Positions 41,690-53,960 of a stretch of DNA of 64,000 nt are shown here, in pieces. Made by a program: the position numbers and the translations under genes. Each line of letters starts with the position of its first letter. The stretch's first letter is position 1. The DNA comes from Lama glama. Its lineage: Eukaryota. The notes beneath the pieces were generated by a model. That model saw nothing but the letters and a program-made list of their open reading frames with translations. It had not been told where the DNA came from and searched no databases. The stretch lies in the NCBI GenBank assembly GCA_028534125.1, contig CM052816.1:52764001-52828000 (forward strand), in the 5' to 3' direction.

Positions 41690-42160
41690 TTTGGGAGAGA
41701 TGGTTCCAGTCGGGGCTTCGAAGAGGAAGGGACATTGAGGCTGAGTCTTAAAGAATGAGTAGGAGTTTCCTGGGCAGAAAAGAAGAGTATGGGTGTTGCA
41801 GAGAGAAGAACAGCGTGAACAAAGTCACAGAGTTGTGAAAGAGTATGACACACTCAAGGGCCAGAGGGGACAGTGGGCCTCCTTGAGAACTGGGAAATGG
41901 AGACAGAGATGAAATAGAAAGGTGATTTTTGGCTTGACTGAGAAGAGCCTGCCGAGAGTTTACATTTTATTTCTTAAGGCAGGGAGAGCCACAGAATTGT
42001 TTACACAAGGGAAGCTTAAAAAAGAATGCCCTGGCACAAGTCTGGGTGAGGATGAGAGCCAGTAGTCTACAGAGGTAGTGAGGTCGGTTGGGAGGACTCC
42101 AGGATGCTATAGGTGAGGGAAGACAACAGGAGCCCTAGTTAACGCTTTGGGGGTGCAGAG
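41690..42160 (-). mobile_element. LINE-2 fragment
   Basis: ggcttc-aagaggaagggacattgaggctgagtcttaaagaatgagtaggagttt...gaacagcgtgaacaaag...ggagagccacaga, read as antisense L2. Confidence 0.65.
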
Positions 42161-43474
42161 GGTGGAAATAATAGACTCAAAATGAACACACAGGGGTCAT
42201 TAGTGCACATTTTAAGCCCTCTCAATACTTGTCACTGACTAAATGGAGGACTTTTTGTAGCACAGAAGCTCTGGCTGTAGACAGAACACGTGATATATTT
42301 GAGTTTTCCCTTGACCTGCTCAACTTTAACATCAGCGTGTGTAGGGGCAAGTGGACATGTTTTTATGAATAAGTTCCACAATGATTGTGACTCTCTTCTT
42401 CATTATTATAACACAAAAGAACAAAACAGAGGGGGAAAAAATGCATCCTCTTAACAGAACAGCATTTTCTAAGCAAATGTGTTTTTCAAAATATGCAAAT
42501 TTTGAGTCTAAATATGCTTGACAGCATTCTTTAATTTAAGCATTTTCAGTGTCAAGAAAAATCATTTAATATACAAGCACTGCCTTTAGAGATATAATAT
42601 GATGGGAGGGAGAAAAAGTGGCAAGGAAAAAAACGTAGGTAATTAGCACCTCTCATAGAAAGCAACACCAAGAACACAGACTTGGAGGCAGAAATTGTCT
42701 TGAGGACATAAAAGACTTCTTTTTAATGAAAAAAATCAAGCTTCATCAAATGTGTGCATGTTTAACAGGATTTTCTTTAATTGCTCGTACTTCTTCGCCA
42801 AATCCTGAATTTTGTTGTCCTTTTTCTTTACAGAAAAATAAAGTTATCCCAAGTGTACTCTCCTTTAGGCAACATGCAGCTTCAGCAAAGATTAATTCAT
42901 TGCCAATTGGATAATTAATTAAAAATTAATTAAAATGACATGCAGATGAACAAGTTCAAGCACAAAACCAAGGAAATGGTATTTAGAATTAAATGGATGC
43001 CAATTCATATTAGCAAGTTAATATTCTAATGTTTAGAAAAGCAAAAATCCGAAACTATAGCATTTTTAAGGGTAAACACATTTGCAAATTTTCATTCACC
43101 AAATTTTCCTGCCAATCAGTATCCTCCACGAGTGGATAAAAATATAACAAACAAGCAAATATGCCTCTACACTGTCTCGTGCATATGGAATGGCACTATT
43201 TTGTGGTGGGATAAACATCAATAGTACTTAGAAGAAATGTCGAATTTTTTTAAAACATAAAGAAAACTAAGAGCAAGCCCTGGGTATCAGTTTCCAGACC
43301 TGCCAGGTGTGCCCCTGACTCCTGTGTGAGAACTGGTAAACGTGCAGTTGCCTGGTCCCATCCTGGATTCTCATGTAGCAGATCTAGGGTGGGGCTTTGG
43401 TTTAATAAATGGCACAGGTACTTCATGTGTGACCAGCTGGGGGCACCACCGGGCCAGGGGACAGGTTGTTATAA

Positions 43475-43640
43475 ACCAGAAGTACTCAACCCTGCCTGCA
43501 TATTAAAATCCCCTAGCAAGCTTAAAAAATGCCCCGGCCACACCCCACACCAATTAAACTAGAATCTCAGGATGTCAGATTCAGGCATCAGCGTTTTTTA
43601 AAGCTCCCTAGGTAATTCTATTTATAACAGAGTCACTGTA
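43475..43640. mobile_element. MER5-like hAT MITE
   Basis: ctcaaccctgcctgcatattaaaatcccct...ccaattaaactagaatctc...caggcatcagcgttttttaaagctccctaggtaattcta. Confidence 0.7.
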
Positions 43641-44656
43641 ATAAAATCCTTATTGATCAAAGCCAATATTAATATACACATTATTTTCTTAAAGCCTATT
43701 GGCAATATTCTGTTGAACAGAATTTTTTTTAAAGGTAAACAGGATTCATCTGTGCAATTTTCACTACCTACAAAAAAAAAATCAGGTTTCTAACATAAAT
43801 TCATTTTTCTATATTTTAATACAAATCTCTGATTTTAGTTTATGCTATTTCACAATTTGTCATTGAATGAAATAAACTGAAGATAACATTTACAATTTTA
43901 GCAACTTACATTAAAGGGGTAAAAATGATTTTAAAAAAAATTAGGCTCAATCAGTAGGAAAGACCTCAAGGGCAGAAGGGAACTGGATCAGATCAGAAGG
44001 AGCATTTCACTATCAGATGCTCCAGAAGATAAACATAGGTCTGCTGTTATGTGTTTTTATAGACAACATTTCCCAATTTCTTGTTGAATGTTTTGCCTTT
44101 TAAATGAATGAAGACTTTCTCTTAGACTGAGTGTGAAAAACAACAAAAACAAAACAAAATCAAAAGAGGAAGATTCATTTGGGTGTACTGAGCAGAAAGA
44201 GAGGATAAATGCATACCTGTCTTTTGAAGAGATAATGAGAGAACATTCCATTAAGATTACATAAGTTATCAAATTACTCAAGGCAGACATGAATGATTCT
44301 TTCAAAAACTCATATTTAACCAATAAGTCTAAGTATCCACAAATGTTCTGTGTGCAGTGACAGGAAAGATGGTCTGGTCTAGATTGGGTTGGAAATACAG
44401 AACACATCTCAAGGAAGCAGTTAAAAATCTACATTATGGTAATTGCTATTTAACTAAAGCACATGCAATATTCTTTCAAAGCTGTCATTTAGTTTTTAAA
44501 AGCACTGTGTCTAAAAGTGCAAATCCAGTAGCTCACTAAATGTATGTATTTTTTTTAACCGGCAGCTCATTTTCTATAAAGCATGAAAATATTAAAAATA
44601 AAGCATACAGTCATGCTATTCTCAGTCACCACTACACTGTGCCATGTTTTATATAC

Positions 44657-44679
44657 CTTTCATTGATTTCCTCAAACGA
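44657..44679 (-). CDS. CMYA5: CMYA5 exon 5, 23-nt microexon: SFEEINE(R)
   Basis: TCGTTTGAGGAAATCAATGAAAG between AAG and GTATAT. Needed to bridge phase 0 (exon 4) to phase 2 (exon 6), and it restores the recalled FLT-SFEEINER-LLSAM sequence. Confidence 0.93.
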
Positions 44680-44691
44680 CTTACGGGGGAT

Positions 44692-44754
44692 TGAGAGAGA
44701 GAATGAGAGAAAGAGGGAGAGAGGGAGAGAGGGGGAGAGAGAGAGAGAGAGAGA
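44692..44754. repeat. (GA)n-rich tract, which is the (TC)n polypyrimidine tract of exon 5 on the gene strand
   Basis: gagagagagaatgagagaaagagggagagagggagagagggggagagagagagagagagaga. Confidence 0.9.
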
Positions 44755-46271
44755 CTAATTAGCAAAAAAAAGAAAAACCAAGCTAGAGGGTTAAGATTAT
44801 ATATGTTCTAAACTCATGACTCCTCAGCTACCCCTGAGGCTGTTTCTCTTTGGGGGCTTCAGCTCAGGCAGCAAAGAAATTAGTGCTCAGAAGGGGTGGG
44901 GGCCAGGGAGTCTGGGATGGTGGCTTTAGTTTCCGCTTCTGCTCTGCTCTCTACCCTCAACCAGGCCAGAAACAAGTTGCTTATGCTCTGCTGCTTTATT
45001 CATTAAAAAATGCCTTAGCTTCCAGAATAGAATTCTTTGAAGCAAGAAAAATGACTTAAAATTGTTCAATGTGAGAGATACAGCAAAAATGTAATCAGTA
45101 GTTATCTCTGGGTGATACCTTCTCTACGCTTTTCTGTATTTTACAAATTTTCTAAAATGGATATATATTATTCTTAGAATCAGGGAAAAATGTTTTCTTT
45201 TTTGCAACTTATTCTAGAGAGAAGAAAACATTCTTATCAGACAAAGGTAAGGTTTTTAGGGAACACAAAGCACGTCATTAATTTTATACTTCACATAAAA
45301 GTGAAGTATGCCTAGTTTTAAAATATTAAAGCCTCGCCTTAGTTAAGCATAAAGCAACAGAATGATTTTCATCCTCCTTTGAGGATGCCATGCCCACCTC
45401 ACCCAAACTGCCCCTGAACGGAGGCATCCCTAATGGCAAATCAAAAACCTAACATGGCCCCATCTTGCCTTGCTCTCTCTCCAGACTTTATTTGAGGGCT
45501 GGGAGGACTGAGGGGCTTGGAAAGGGAGGTTACTACTTAACATAGAACAGTGTTTTCTTCTGGTTTGACAATTAGATTTGGAATTGCCCTCAGGGAAAAC
45601 ATCTCCATTACTCCTGGTTAATCCTGGCTTCCTGGGGATCCAGTATTCTAGGGACAGTTCTAGGGGATTAGAAAAGCAAAGAGCTGCTTCTGTGTGCCAT
45701 TTGAGGAGCACCCAAGGGAATCTCCGTCCTCAAGGTACTTGTTTGATTTAAGGAATCTGGTCCCTAGGAAGACTCTTCTAAAAAAACCAACACGTCACCC
45801 GAGAGAGGTATCATATCACGTCATCCTTCTGCAAGCTGAATGTGAATGCTACTCTCCACTTCGTGAGGCTGACTGAATGGTCCCTCTGAGAGGTCATTTC
45901 AGATTAGGGAGTGGAGTGGAAGGGACAGGCTCTGGAGATCAGGCCACTCAGAGGGAGCATGGTATGAATAAAGTTTTCAGGCTGCTCTCCCTCCCTCTTA
46001 GAAGTTGACCAATCCACTGTGACAGAATGGGCAGGTGATGCTGTGGCCTGGCTTCTCTGTATCCTTCAGCTGGATCTTGGTATTATGGCTTTAAGGATTT
46101 GCTGGGCCTTTAGTTGCTGCCAATAGCATCAGACATGCCCTAATGGTTTTTTGAAATCAGAATTATAGAAACTCTACACAGAGATAGATGTGATCTTAGG
46201 GAATATTATAAGATGAATTTTTTAAAGAAGATTTGGGCCATAGTGGGTTTAAGGTGCCTTGGTGTGTTTTA

Positions 46272-46517
<246 letters not shown>

Positions 46518-47047
46518 CTAAAACAAAAACCCCAACCAAGAAAAAACAAGCAAAAAAACCCACTTCTTAATGAAACAAAAAGTGTGTGTGTTTAAGAGAA
46601 ATATCTTTTAGAGAATTAACCTCTGGCATCCTAAAAGAACCACAGATTACATGCAGTCTAAATGCCCAGCCCACCAACTCCCTTTACCATAGCTAGCTTT
46701 GCAGTAAAATTCACTATAAGTTGACTATCAAGAAGGATTTCGTTAATGAAACAGACGCACAAAAATTTGTACGGCAGTCTTGCCCACACTCATTCTCACA
46801 TAAAATGTGAAAGTGTCATGAAGATGAATGAAGATCCATGACCGTCAGGTAGTAGAGAGGGTTTAATGCCATTTTCACACCTCACTAAAATCACAGAGCA
46901 AGGGAGGGAACAGCCAGGATAATGGACAGGGTGCTTCCTTCATAAATGATCTGCAGGGAAGGGGCAGCTTCCCCCAGAGCAAGAGAAACTTTATTGCCCA
47001 CATGGACAAACTTAGATGCTTAGCTGTCCTCAGGAGAGGACTAGTGA

Positions 47048-47192
47048 TAAGGTGATCATATTATTTACTGTGTAAAAGGAACACTTTGGTGGGGCTGGGG
47101 AATGACACTAAAAATAATCAGCAGTTGTTAACTGATCTTCTACAGGAGTTAAACACACTCTCACAAGCAAAGTAGGACATGGAGTCACCCTA
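47048..47192. mobile_element. hAT-Blackjack MITE (MER94-like)
   Basis: Imperfect TIRs TAAGGTGATC ... GAGTCACCCTA, about 145 bp. Internal catattattta...acacttt...ctaaaaataat...gcaaa-taggaca resembles recalled MER94. Confidence 0.65.
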
Positions 47193-47449
47193 GTGGTGCG
47201 GAAGCAGTGTAACAGCCTTCTGCAGGGGCCCGCTGCCAGTTGTGATTGATAAGTAAGGATGCCTGGGCTGTGTCTGTATGGATGGAGCATTGCTACCTGC
47301 TTCCTTCACTGTAGAGGGAGCAGAGGCCAGCAGGAACTCATCAGAGACAGCTGGTACCAAGAGAGACATTCATCTGTCCTGGGCATGGAACACTGGGCAG
47401 TGCGTTAGAGCACCTCTACAGAGCTAACCCAGTGACAGGCAAGTCAGAA

Positions 47450-47660
47450 CTCAGACCTGAATTCATATCTTGGCTCTCAACTTTCTATCAACTTACTATG
47501 ACCATGGGTAATATACTTAACTCTTAAGTCTCAGTTTCTTATCTATAAAATGGGAACAATAAAACAATAGCTCCTATTTCATATGGTTATTGTGAGGATT
47601 AAATTGAATAAAATATGTAAATCATTTGCCCTATCACAGTAAATGCCCAATAAATGTGTA
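47450..47660 (+). mobile_element. MIR SINE
   Basis: tctcagtttcttatctataaaatgggaacaataa...ggttattgtgaggattaaattga...caataaatgt. Confidence 0.8.
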
Positions 47661-47824
47661 TGTGTTTCCAAGGGCAAGTCATTTTTCCTTAATCAGAAAG
47701 TAGTCTCACTGATGACACACTGAGAGAAGACTTAAGGACTTTACTTTTAATGGAACAAAACCAACAATGGCAAACCACATATGCACACACAAACCCCAAG
47801 TCAGGTCCTTTTAGCTTAGAATCA

Positions 47825-48001
<177 letters not shown>

Positions 48002-50691
48002 TTAGTATATGACATTTGAGAAAAGAACTTCAAGCAGTGAGTTCCAATTTCCTTATGAATTTAGTATGATTGGTAGAGATTCATTATACTATGTTCACTA
48101 GCAAATCAATCTTCAAATTTTCTTTGAGCTTCATTTAAGTTGACTATAGGATAATGTATGATAAGCAATTAGGAGACTTGTGTGTGAAAGCAACAGACAG
48201 TTTATTTTCTTATGCAAGAGAAAGGACTTCTTAGTAAGTTGTTAAGTTCAAAGCATACTTGTTTTAGTAAACTATGAATTTAATTCTTTCTCCTTAGTAA
48301 GTCCTCGATTTTCATATATTGTCTTTCCTCTAAGAGAGCAGACTTTTTGCTGAACTGGTCCAACATATCTGAGTAGCCTCCTCATATATGCACCAAACGG
48401 ATTCAGGTGTGCCTGCAGCGCCTGACTCTCAAAAGGTGAAGAGTGTCACCAGGCCAGAAGTCTAGCATACCAAATGATGAAAACTATCTACTAAAGAGAA
48501 CTTGAGGCTCTAATGATCCTTCAAGGGTTAAAAAAAACTCAAGGAGTGACAGTCAACTAGAAAATGTCTGGGTGATGTGGGAAGATGGTAGCTATTAGTT
48601 ATAAATCTAGCTATAATCTATGCTGTGAAGCTTAACAAGTAACAGAATAAAAGAGCTTCCGTCTGCCTGATTCTATCCACTAGCCACAGAATGAGAGAGA
48701 AATTACCTTGAGAGAAGTCCCTTGAGGATTTAGCCTCTGCTTCCCTCTACAGCCCCTGCCTCTTGTCCCCAAGTCTCCAGGCTCCTCTCACACAAGCCCC
48801 ACCTTTCCTTGGACTCTCTCACCTATGTGCCTTTTCATTTGGCATTCTCCAACTCTTGACTGTCCTCCTTGCCCTTGTTTGCTGGAAGAAGTCCATCTAA
48901 TTTAATTACCCAAGCTTCACCTTTTCGAGATATCGTCCAGTCCCTCTCCACCTTTTCATTCCCTCCCAAAAGGTTTGTTTCTCAGAACACTGTGCTCCCG
49001 CAATGCTATATTATTTTGGAGAACTGTAAGTCCACCTTTTATTTTTGTTTTCATTCCCAATGATCAGTACAGTTCCTGACATGGAATGGGAGGTCAATTA
49101 ATATTAAGAAAGAAGGAAGGGAGAGAATGAAGGGAGAAAATAAGTGACAGATAAAAGATAAGCCACCACATTGGGGATGGGGTTGTGGGAGAAGCCAGGA
49201 CCTGGATAATCTGCAGATGCAGCCATCAGTTCCAGAATAGTCATAACTGGCCCACTCACAAGATGCCAGAGAATTCTCAAGTGACAACTTTTAAAATTTA
49301 TTTTTAATTTTCAAAAATTGCCAACCAACTCAATCTTCACAGTTGATTTAATGAAACGAAGCAAGCCTCTTTGGCTTAGTCAAATAGTTACCCCCTTCTC
49401 TTCCTCATATTATGGAGAAGATCTGGGGGGAAAAACTTTAAAATGGTTTTAAAGGCAGAGACATCATATCTCCCTGCTTTTGAAATTTGTTTTAAATTAA
49501 GAGTATTTAGACAGCATTTTTTTTAATTTCTAAAACTCAGAGAGATAAACAAAACATAATTAAGAAGGCTGAAAAAATCTAGTCTTTCTGCTGACAGTGC
49601 TCAGTAGTTATGTTAACAAAACCAAGTGTTATCAAAGAATAGAGCACATTTGACTGGTGCTAATACACCCTAATGCCTGAGATTTCATAAAAGAAATTGA
49701 CTCATGCCCTACCTCCAAACTTTATCAGGTAAAGTCTGAACAAAATTTCACCCTGGAGGACGGTGGTCAAGATGGTGGAGTGGTAGGACCACAAGCTTGC
49801 CTCTCCTCGTGACTACAAAGAAACCACAACTGAATGCTAAACAACCATCGAGAAAAGACTGGAACCTAGCAAAAAAGATCTTCTGCAACATAAAGAAGGA
49901 ATCATAGCAAGATGGCAGGAGGGCCATGCTCACAATATAATTGGGCCCCAAACCCCTCATGTGGGCAACCCACAAGCTGAAGATTTGTTAAGTCACAGAG
50001 GCCCTCCCATAGAAGTGAGAGCTCTAAGCTCCAAGTCAGGCTCCCCAGCTCAGGTCCCGGCATTGGGAAGAGAAGGAGACCCCAGGATATCTGGTTTTGA
50101 AGGCCAGGAGGCTTGGCTCTGGGAGCCTCACGGGACTAGGGTAAACGGAAACTCCATTCACTTGAGAAGCGTACACGGAAAGTCATGTGCACCAGGTCTA
50201 AAGACAGAGGCAGTGATTTCATAGGAACCTGGACCAGACCTGCCTGCTGGATTTGGAGGGTCTCCTGGGGACGTGGAGGACTGCTGCGGCTCACTCAGGG
50301 GACATAAAAACTGGTGGTGGACGTTCCAGGAGTGTTAATCTACATGAGCTTTCCTGGAGGCTGACATTTTGATTGCATCAATAGCACCAAGACCTAGCCC
50401 CACCCAACAGTCTGTCGGGAAGCCTCAGGCCAAACAACATACAGGGTGGGTACAAAGCCACACCCATAATCAGAGTTCCTAAACCACAAAGACCCCTAGA
50501 CACAGCCCTACCCACCACAGGTCCAGGACCAAGCTTCTTCCAGCAGCGGGCAGGCACTGGCTCCTCCTGCCAGGAAACCTGCATAAGCCTCTAGTCCAGC
50601 CTCATCCACCAGGGGCAGATACTAGAAATAAGAAAACAATAATCCCAAAGCTTGTGGAAGGAATCCACAAACATATAGAAAGATAGACAAT

Positions 50692-51584
50692 ATGAGGTGG
50701 CAAAGGAGTATCTTCCAGGCCAAGGTACAAGATAAAATCCCAGAAGGAGAAATAAGTGATGATGAGATAGGTAATTTATTTGAGAAAGAGTTTCAAGTAA
50801 TGATGGCCAAGATGTTCAGAGAACTCAAGAGGAATATAGATGCACAGAGCGAAGTTTTTAGCAAAGAGTTGGAAAATATAAAGAATACCCAAACAGAGCT
50901 GAAGAATAAAATCACTGAGATGAACAATACACTAGAAGGAACCAAGAATAGACTAAATGAGGCAGAAGAACAGATCAGTGAGCTAGAAGACAGACTAGCA
51001 GAAATCACTACTTTAGAACAGAAAAAAGAAAAAAGAATGAAAAGAAACGAGGCTAGTTTAAGAGAACTCTGGGACAACATGAAGTGCTCTAATATTTGCA
51101 TTATAGGGGTCCCAGGAAGAGAAGAGAGGGAAAAAGGACCTGAGAAATTTTTTGGAGAAATAATAACTGAAAACTTTCCCAACTTGGTAAAGGAAACAGT
51201 CATCCAAGTCTTGGAAACGCTGGGAGTACCACACAGAATCAACCCAAAGAGGAACACACCAAAGCACATTGTCATCAAATTGACAACAATTAAGGATAAG
51301 GAGAAAATATTAAAATTAGCAAGAGAACAGCAATGAATAACATACAAGGGAACTCCCATAAGGTTATCAGCTGATTTTTCAGCAGAAACCTTACAGGCCA
51401 GAAGGGAGTGGCTCGATACATTTAAAGTGATGAAAGGGGGAACTTACAACCAAGAATACTCTATCCAGCAAGGCTCTCATTCAGACTTGATGGAGAAATC
51501 AAAAGCTTCACAGATAAACAAAAGCTAAAAGATTTCAGCACCACCAAACCAGCTTTACAACAAATGTTAAAGGACCTTCTCTAG
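50692..51584 (+). pseudogene. Decayed LINE-1 ORF1p (coiled coil, RRM, CTD)
   Basis: 214-aa ORF with ORF1p motifs (ISELEDRL, LRELWDNMK..NI.IIGVP, ENFPNL, RINPKRNTPKHIVIKL). Homology continues past the TGA at 51334-51336 (ITYKGTPIRLSADFSAETLQARREW) and a frameshift near 51440 (LQPRILYPARLSF...LQQMLKDLL*). Confidence 0.92.
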
Positions 51585-52290
51585 TCATCAAATCATAAGA
51601 AAAGAGAACAAAAAGAAGAAAGAAAAAGAAAGAGAGAGAGACCTACAAAAGATTGTTTTGGCTGTTCAGCGTCTTTTATGGTTCCTTATAAATTTTGGAA
51701 CTGTTTGTTCTAGTTCTGTGAGGAATGTCGTGAGTATTTTGATGGGGGTTGTGTTGGATCTGTGGATTGCTTTGGGTAGTGTGGCCATTTTGATAGTGTT
51801 GATTCTTCCAATCCAAGAGCACAAGAAATCTTTCCATTTCTCTGTGTCATTTCAGTTTTCAGAGTATAGGTAGCCTCCTTGGTTAAATTTATTTCTAGGT
51901 ATTTTGTTGTTCTTGATGTAATTAAAATGTCTCTGCCAGTTATAAAATTCTGGTTTTTGAAGTGGGAAAAAAAGTGAATGAAGGGCTGCAAATGGTAAAA
52001 TAGCCTTGTTTTTTATGGGTGAGTTGTATTCCATTACATATACTGCATCTCCATTATCTATTCAACTACTGATGTGCACTTAGGATTCTTCTATATCTTG
52101 GCAATTATAAATAATGTTGCTGTTAATAGCAGGGTGTATGTATCTTTTTGAGTTAATTCTTATTTTGTGGTTGGCTTTATTCCTTTGATAACTATGTAAG
52201 TTTAAACAGCTAAAGCTCTAAACATTCTCAGAAGCAATGAACAGTACATATATGTAAATTTAAAAACACATGTGCAGTAAAAAAAAATTT

Positions 52291-52802
52291 ATCAAGCCAT
52301 GAAAGACATAGAAGAAACTTAAAAGACATATTACTAAATGAAAGAAGTCACTCTGAAAAGGCTACAAATCATACCTGTATGATTCCAACCAAATGACATT
52401 TTGGAAAAGGCACAGCTATAGAAACAATAAAAAGATCGTGGTTGCCAGGAGTTGGGGAGAGGGAGGGAGGGAGGAATGAATAGATGGAGCACAAGGGATT
52501 TTTAGGGCAATGAAATTATTCTGTATGATACTGTAGTGGTGGCTACATGTCATTATGTATTTGTCAAAACCCATAGAATGTACAACATCAAGAGTGAACC
52601 CTATTGTAAACCATGGACTTTGGTTGATAATAATGTGCCCATGTTGGTTCATCGATTGTACAAAATATGCCACACTGATGAGGGATGTTGAGAATAGGGG
52701 AGGATATATATGTGAATGGGGAGGGCTATGTGGGAACTCTGTATTTTCTGCTCAATTCTGTTGTGAACCTGAAACCACTCTAAAAGAATAAAGTCTATTA
52801 AA
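52291..52802 (+). mobile_element. Ancient L1 3' end (L1MC-like), the terminal part of the composite insertion
   Basis: gtcaaaacccatagaatgtacaacatcaagagtgaaccct-ttgtaaac-atggactttgg...gggaactctgta-tttctgctcaatt...gtgaacct...aataaagtctattaaaaa. Confidence 0.8.
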
Positions 52803-53009
52803 AAAATTTTCACCCTGGAGAAACAGAACCAATATCATACAAGTTGAGAAGGATTACTTTTCTAGAAAAAAAAAATTAAAAGCCAAGGTTCTAATACGTT
52901 ATCTTACTGAATCAAAATGAGCCTGACAATTAGTTAACAGTGACCTAACTGAATAATTATATTGCAAATTGCTACCATTAGGAAGGCACTGAGCAGAGTA
53001 ACATGGATA

Positions 53010-53220
53010 CACAGTCAAGAGCATGAGCTTTGGCATCAGGAAGATCTGGGTACCAATCCTAGTTCTGTTTTCTATGACCTTGGACTTAAACTCTCTGAGC
53101 CCATTTTGTAATCTGCAAATTGATGACCATGGCATGGTTGTTGTGAGGATTAAAAGATATCTTGAATATAAAGAATTTAACACCTTGCCTGGCCCATAGT
53201 AAGGGCTCAACTGTTATTAC
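53010..53220 (+). mobile_element. MIR SINE
   Basis: aagagcatgagctttggcatcag...tgaccttgg...ggttgttgtgaggattaaa...tgcctggcccatagtaagggctcaa. Confidence 0.8.
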
Positions 53221-53960
53221 TGGCAATTTTAGATCATTCTGGCTACTGTATGGCCAAGAGACTGATGAGATAAGAGTTGGGGTCCTGGTTAGAAGGCCAC
53301 TGAAAGGTAGATGAGAATCTTAAAGACTAAATGCTAGATTTCCAATAGTATCCCTGGGGAAGTGGAGTATTTATAATCACATACATAAGGATATATATTG
53401 TGACTAACTTTCTGACGTTGGGAGTCTATAGATAAAGCCAGAAAGAATGCAAAGGTTTTCCATTTCTAGCATCAGTTTTATAAATAAAGACGAAATGTAG
53501 AGAAAATCAAAATTTAAAATGTCTTACTGTCTTGAGTATTTTATAAAACTTGCAATAAAATGGTCAATGTAATATGTGTGTATTTTTAAAGGATGATATT
53601 GCAGATAACAGAAAATAAATTATGTTTATGCTCAAATGCCTATGTTTTAATTTAAAATTACTTGCCTTTTTGGGACAATGTTAAGGGCTACTGACAAAAG
53701 ATAAGATACCTCAAAGGCAGTGCCCCTGTGTTATTTATTCTGGTATCCCCAGAATCTAGAAGAATACCTGGCACATAGTATGCATCCAGTAAGTGTTTGT
53801 CACACTGATCTTAACTAAGTAACTAGGGAAATATCCTTAGGGTTTTTTTTTAAACTATTATATCTAAAGATGAATATATCAAATATTGGTCATTTTTAAA
53901 ATTTAGAAAATGAGAAAACAAATTAAATGTCTATATATTATTATGCACTTACATGCTTTA

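Larger units (their letters stand above)
49759..52802 (+). mobile_element. Composite L1-derived insertion: 5'UTR + ORF1 (+), inverted ORF2 pieces (-), L1MC-like 3' end (+), flanked by a 17/18-bp TSD
   Basis: aaaatttcaccctggag at 49742-49758 and aaaattttcaccctggag at 52803-52820. L1-type start ...ggtcaagatggtggag. See findings. Confidence 0.8.

Noticed and set aside
50692..51336. 214-aa ORF as a novel nested or domesticated gene
   Set aside because: It is L1 ORF1p cut by a premature stop, with homology and a frameshift continuing downstream. There is no evidence of selection.
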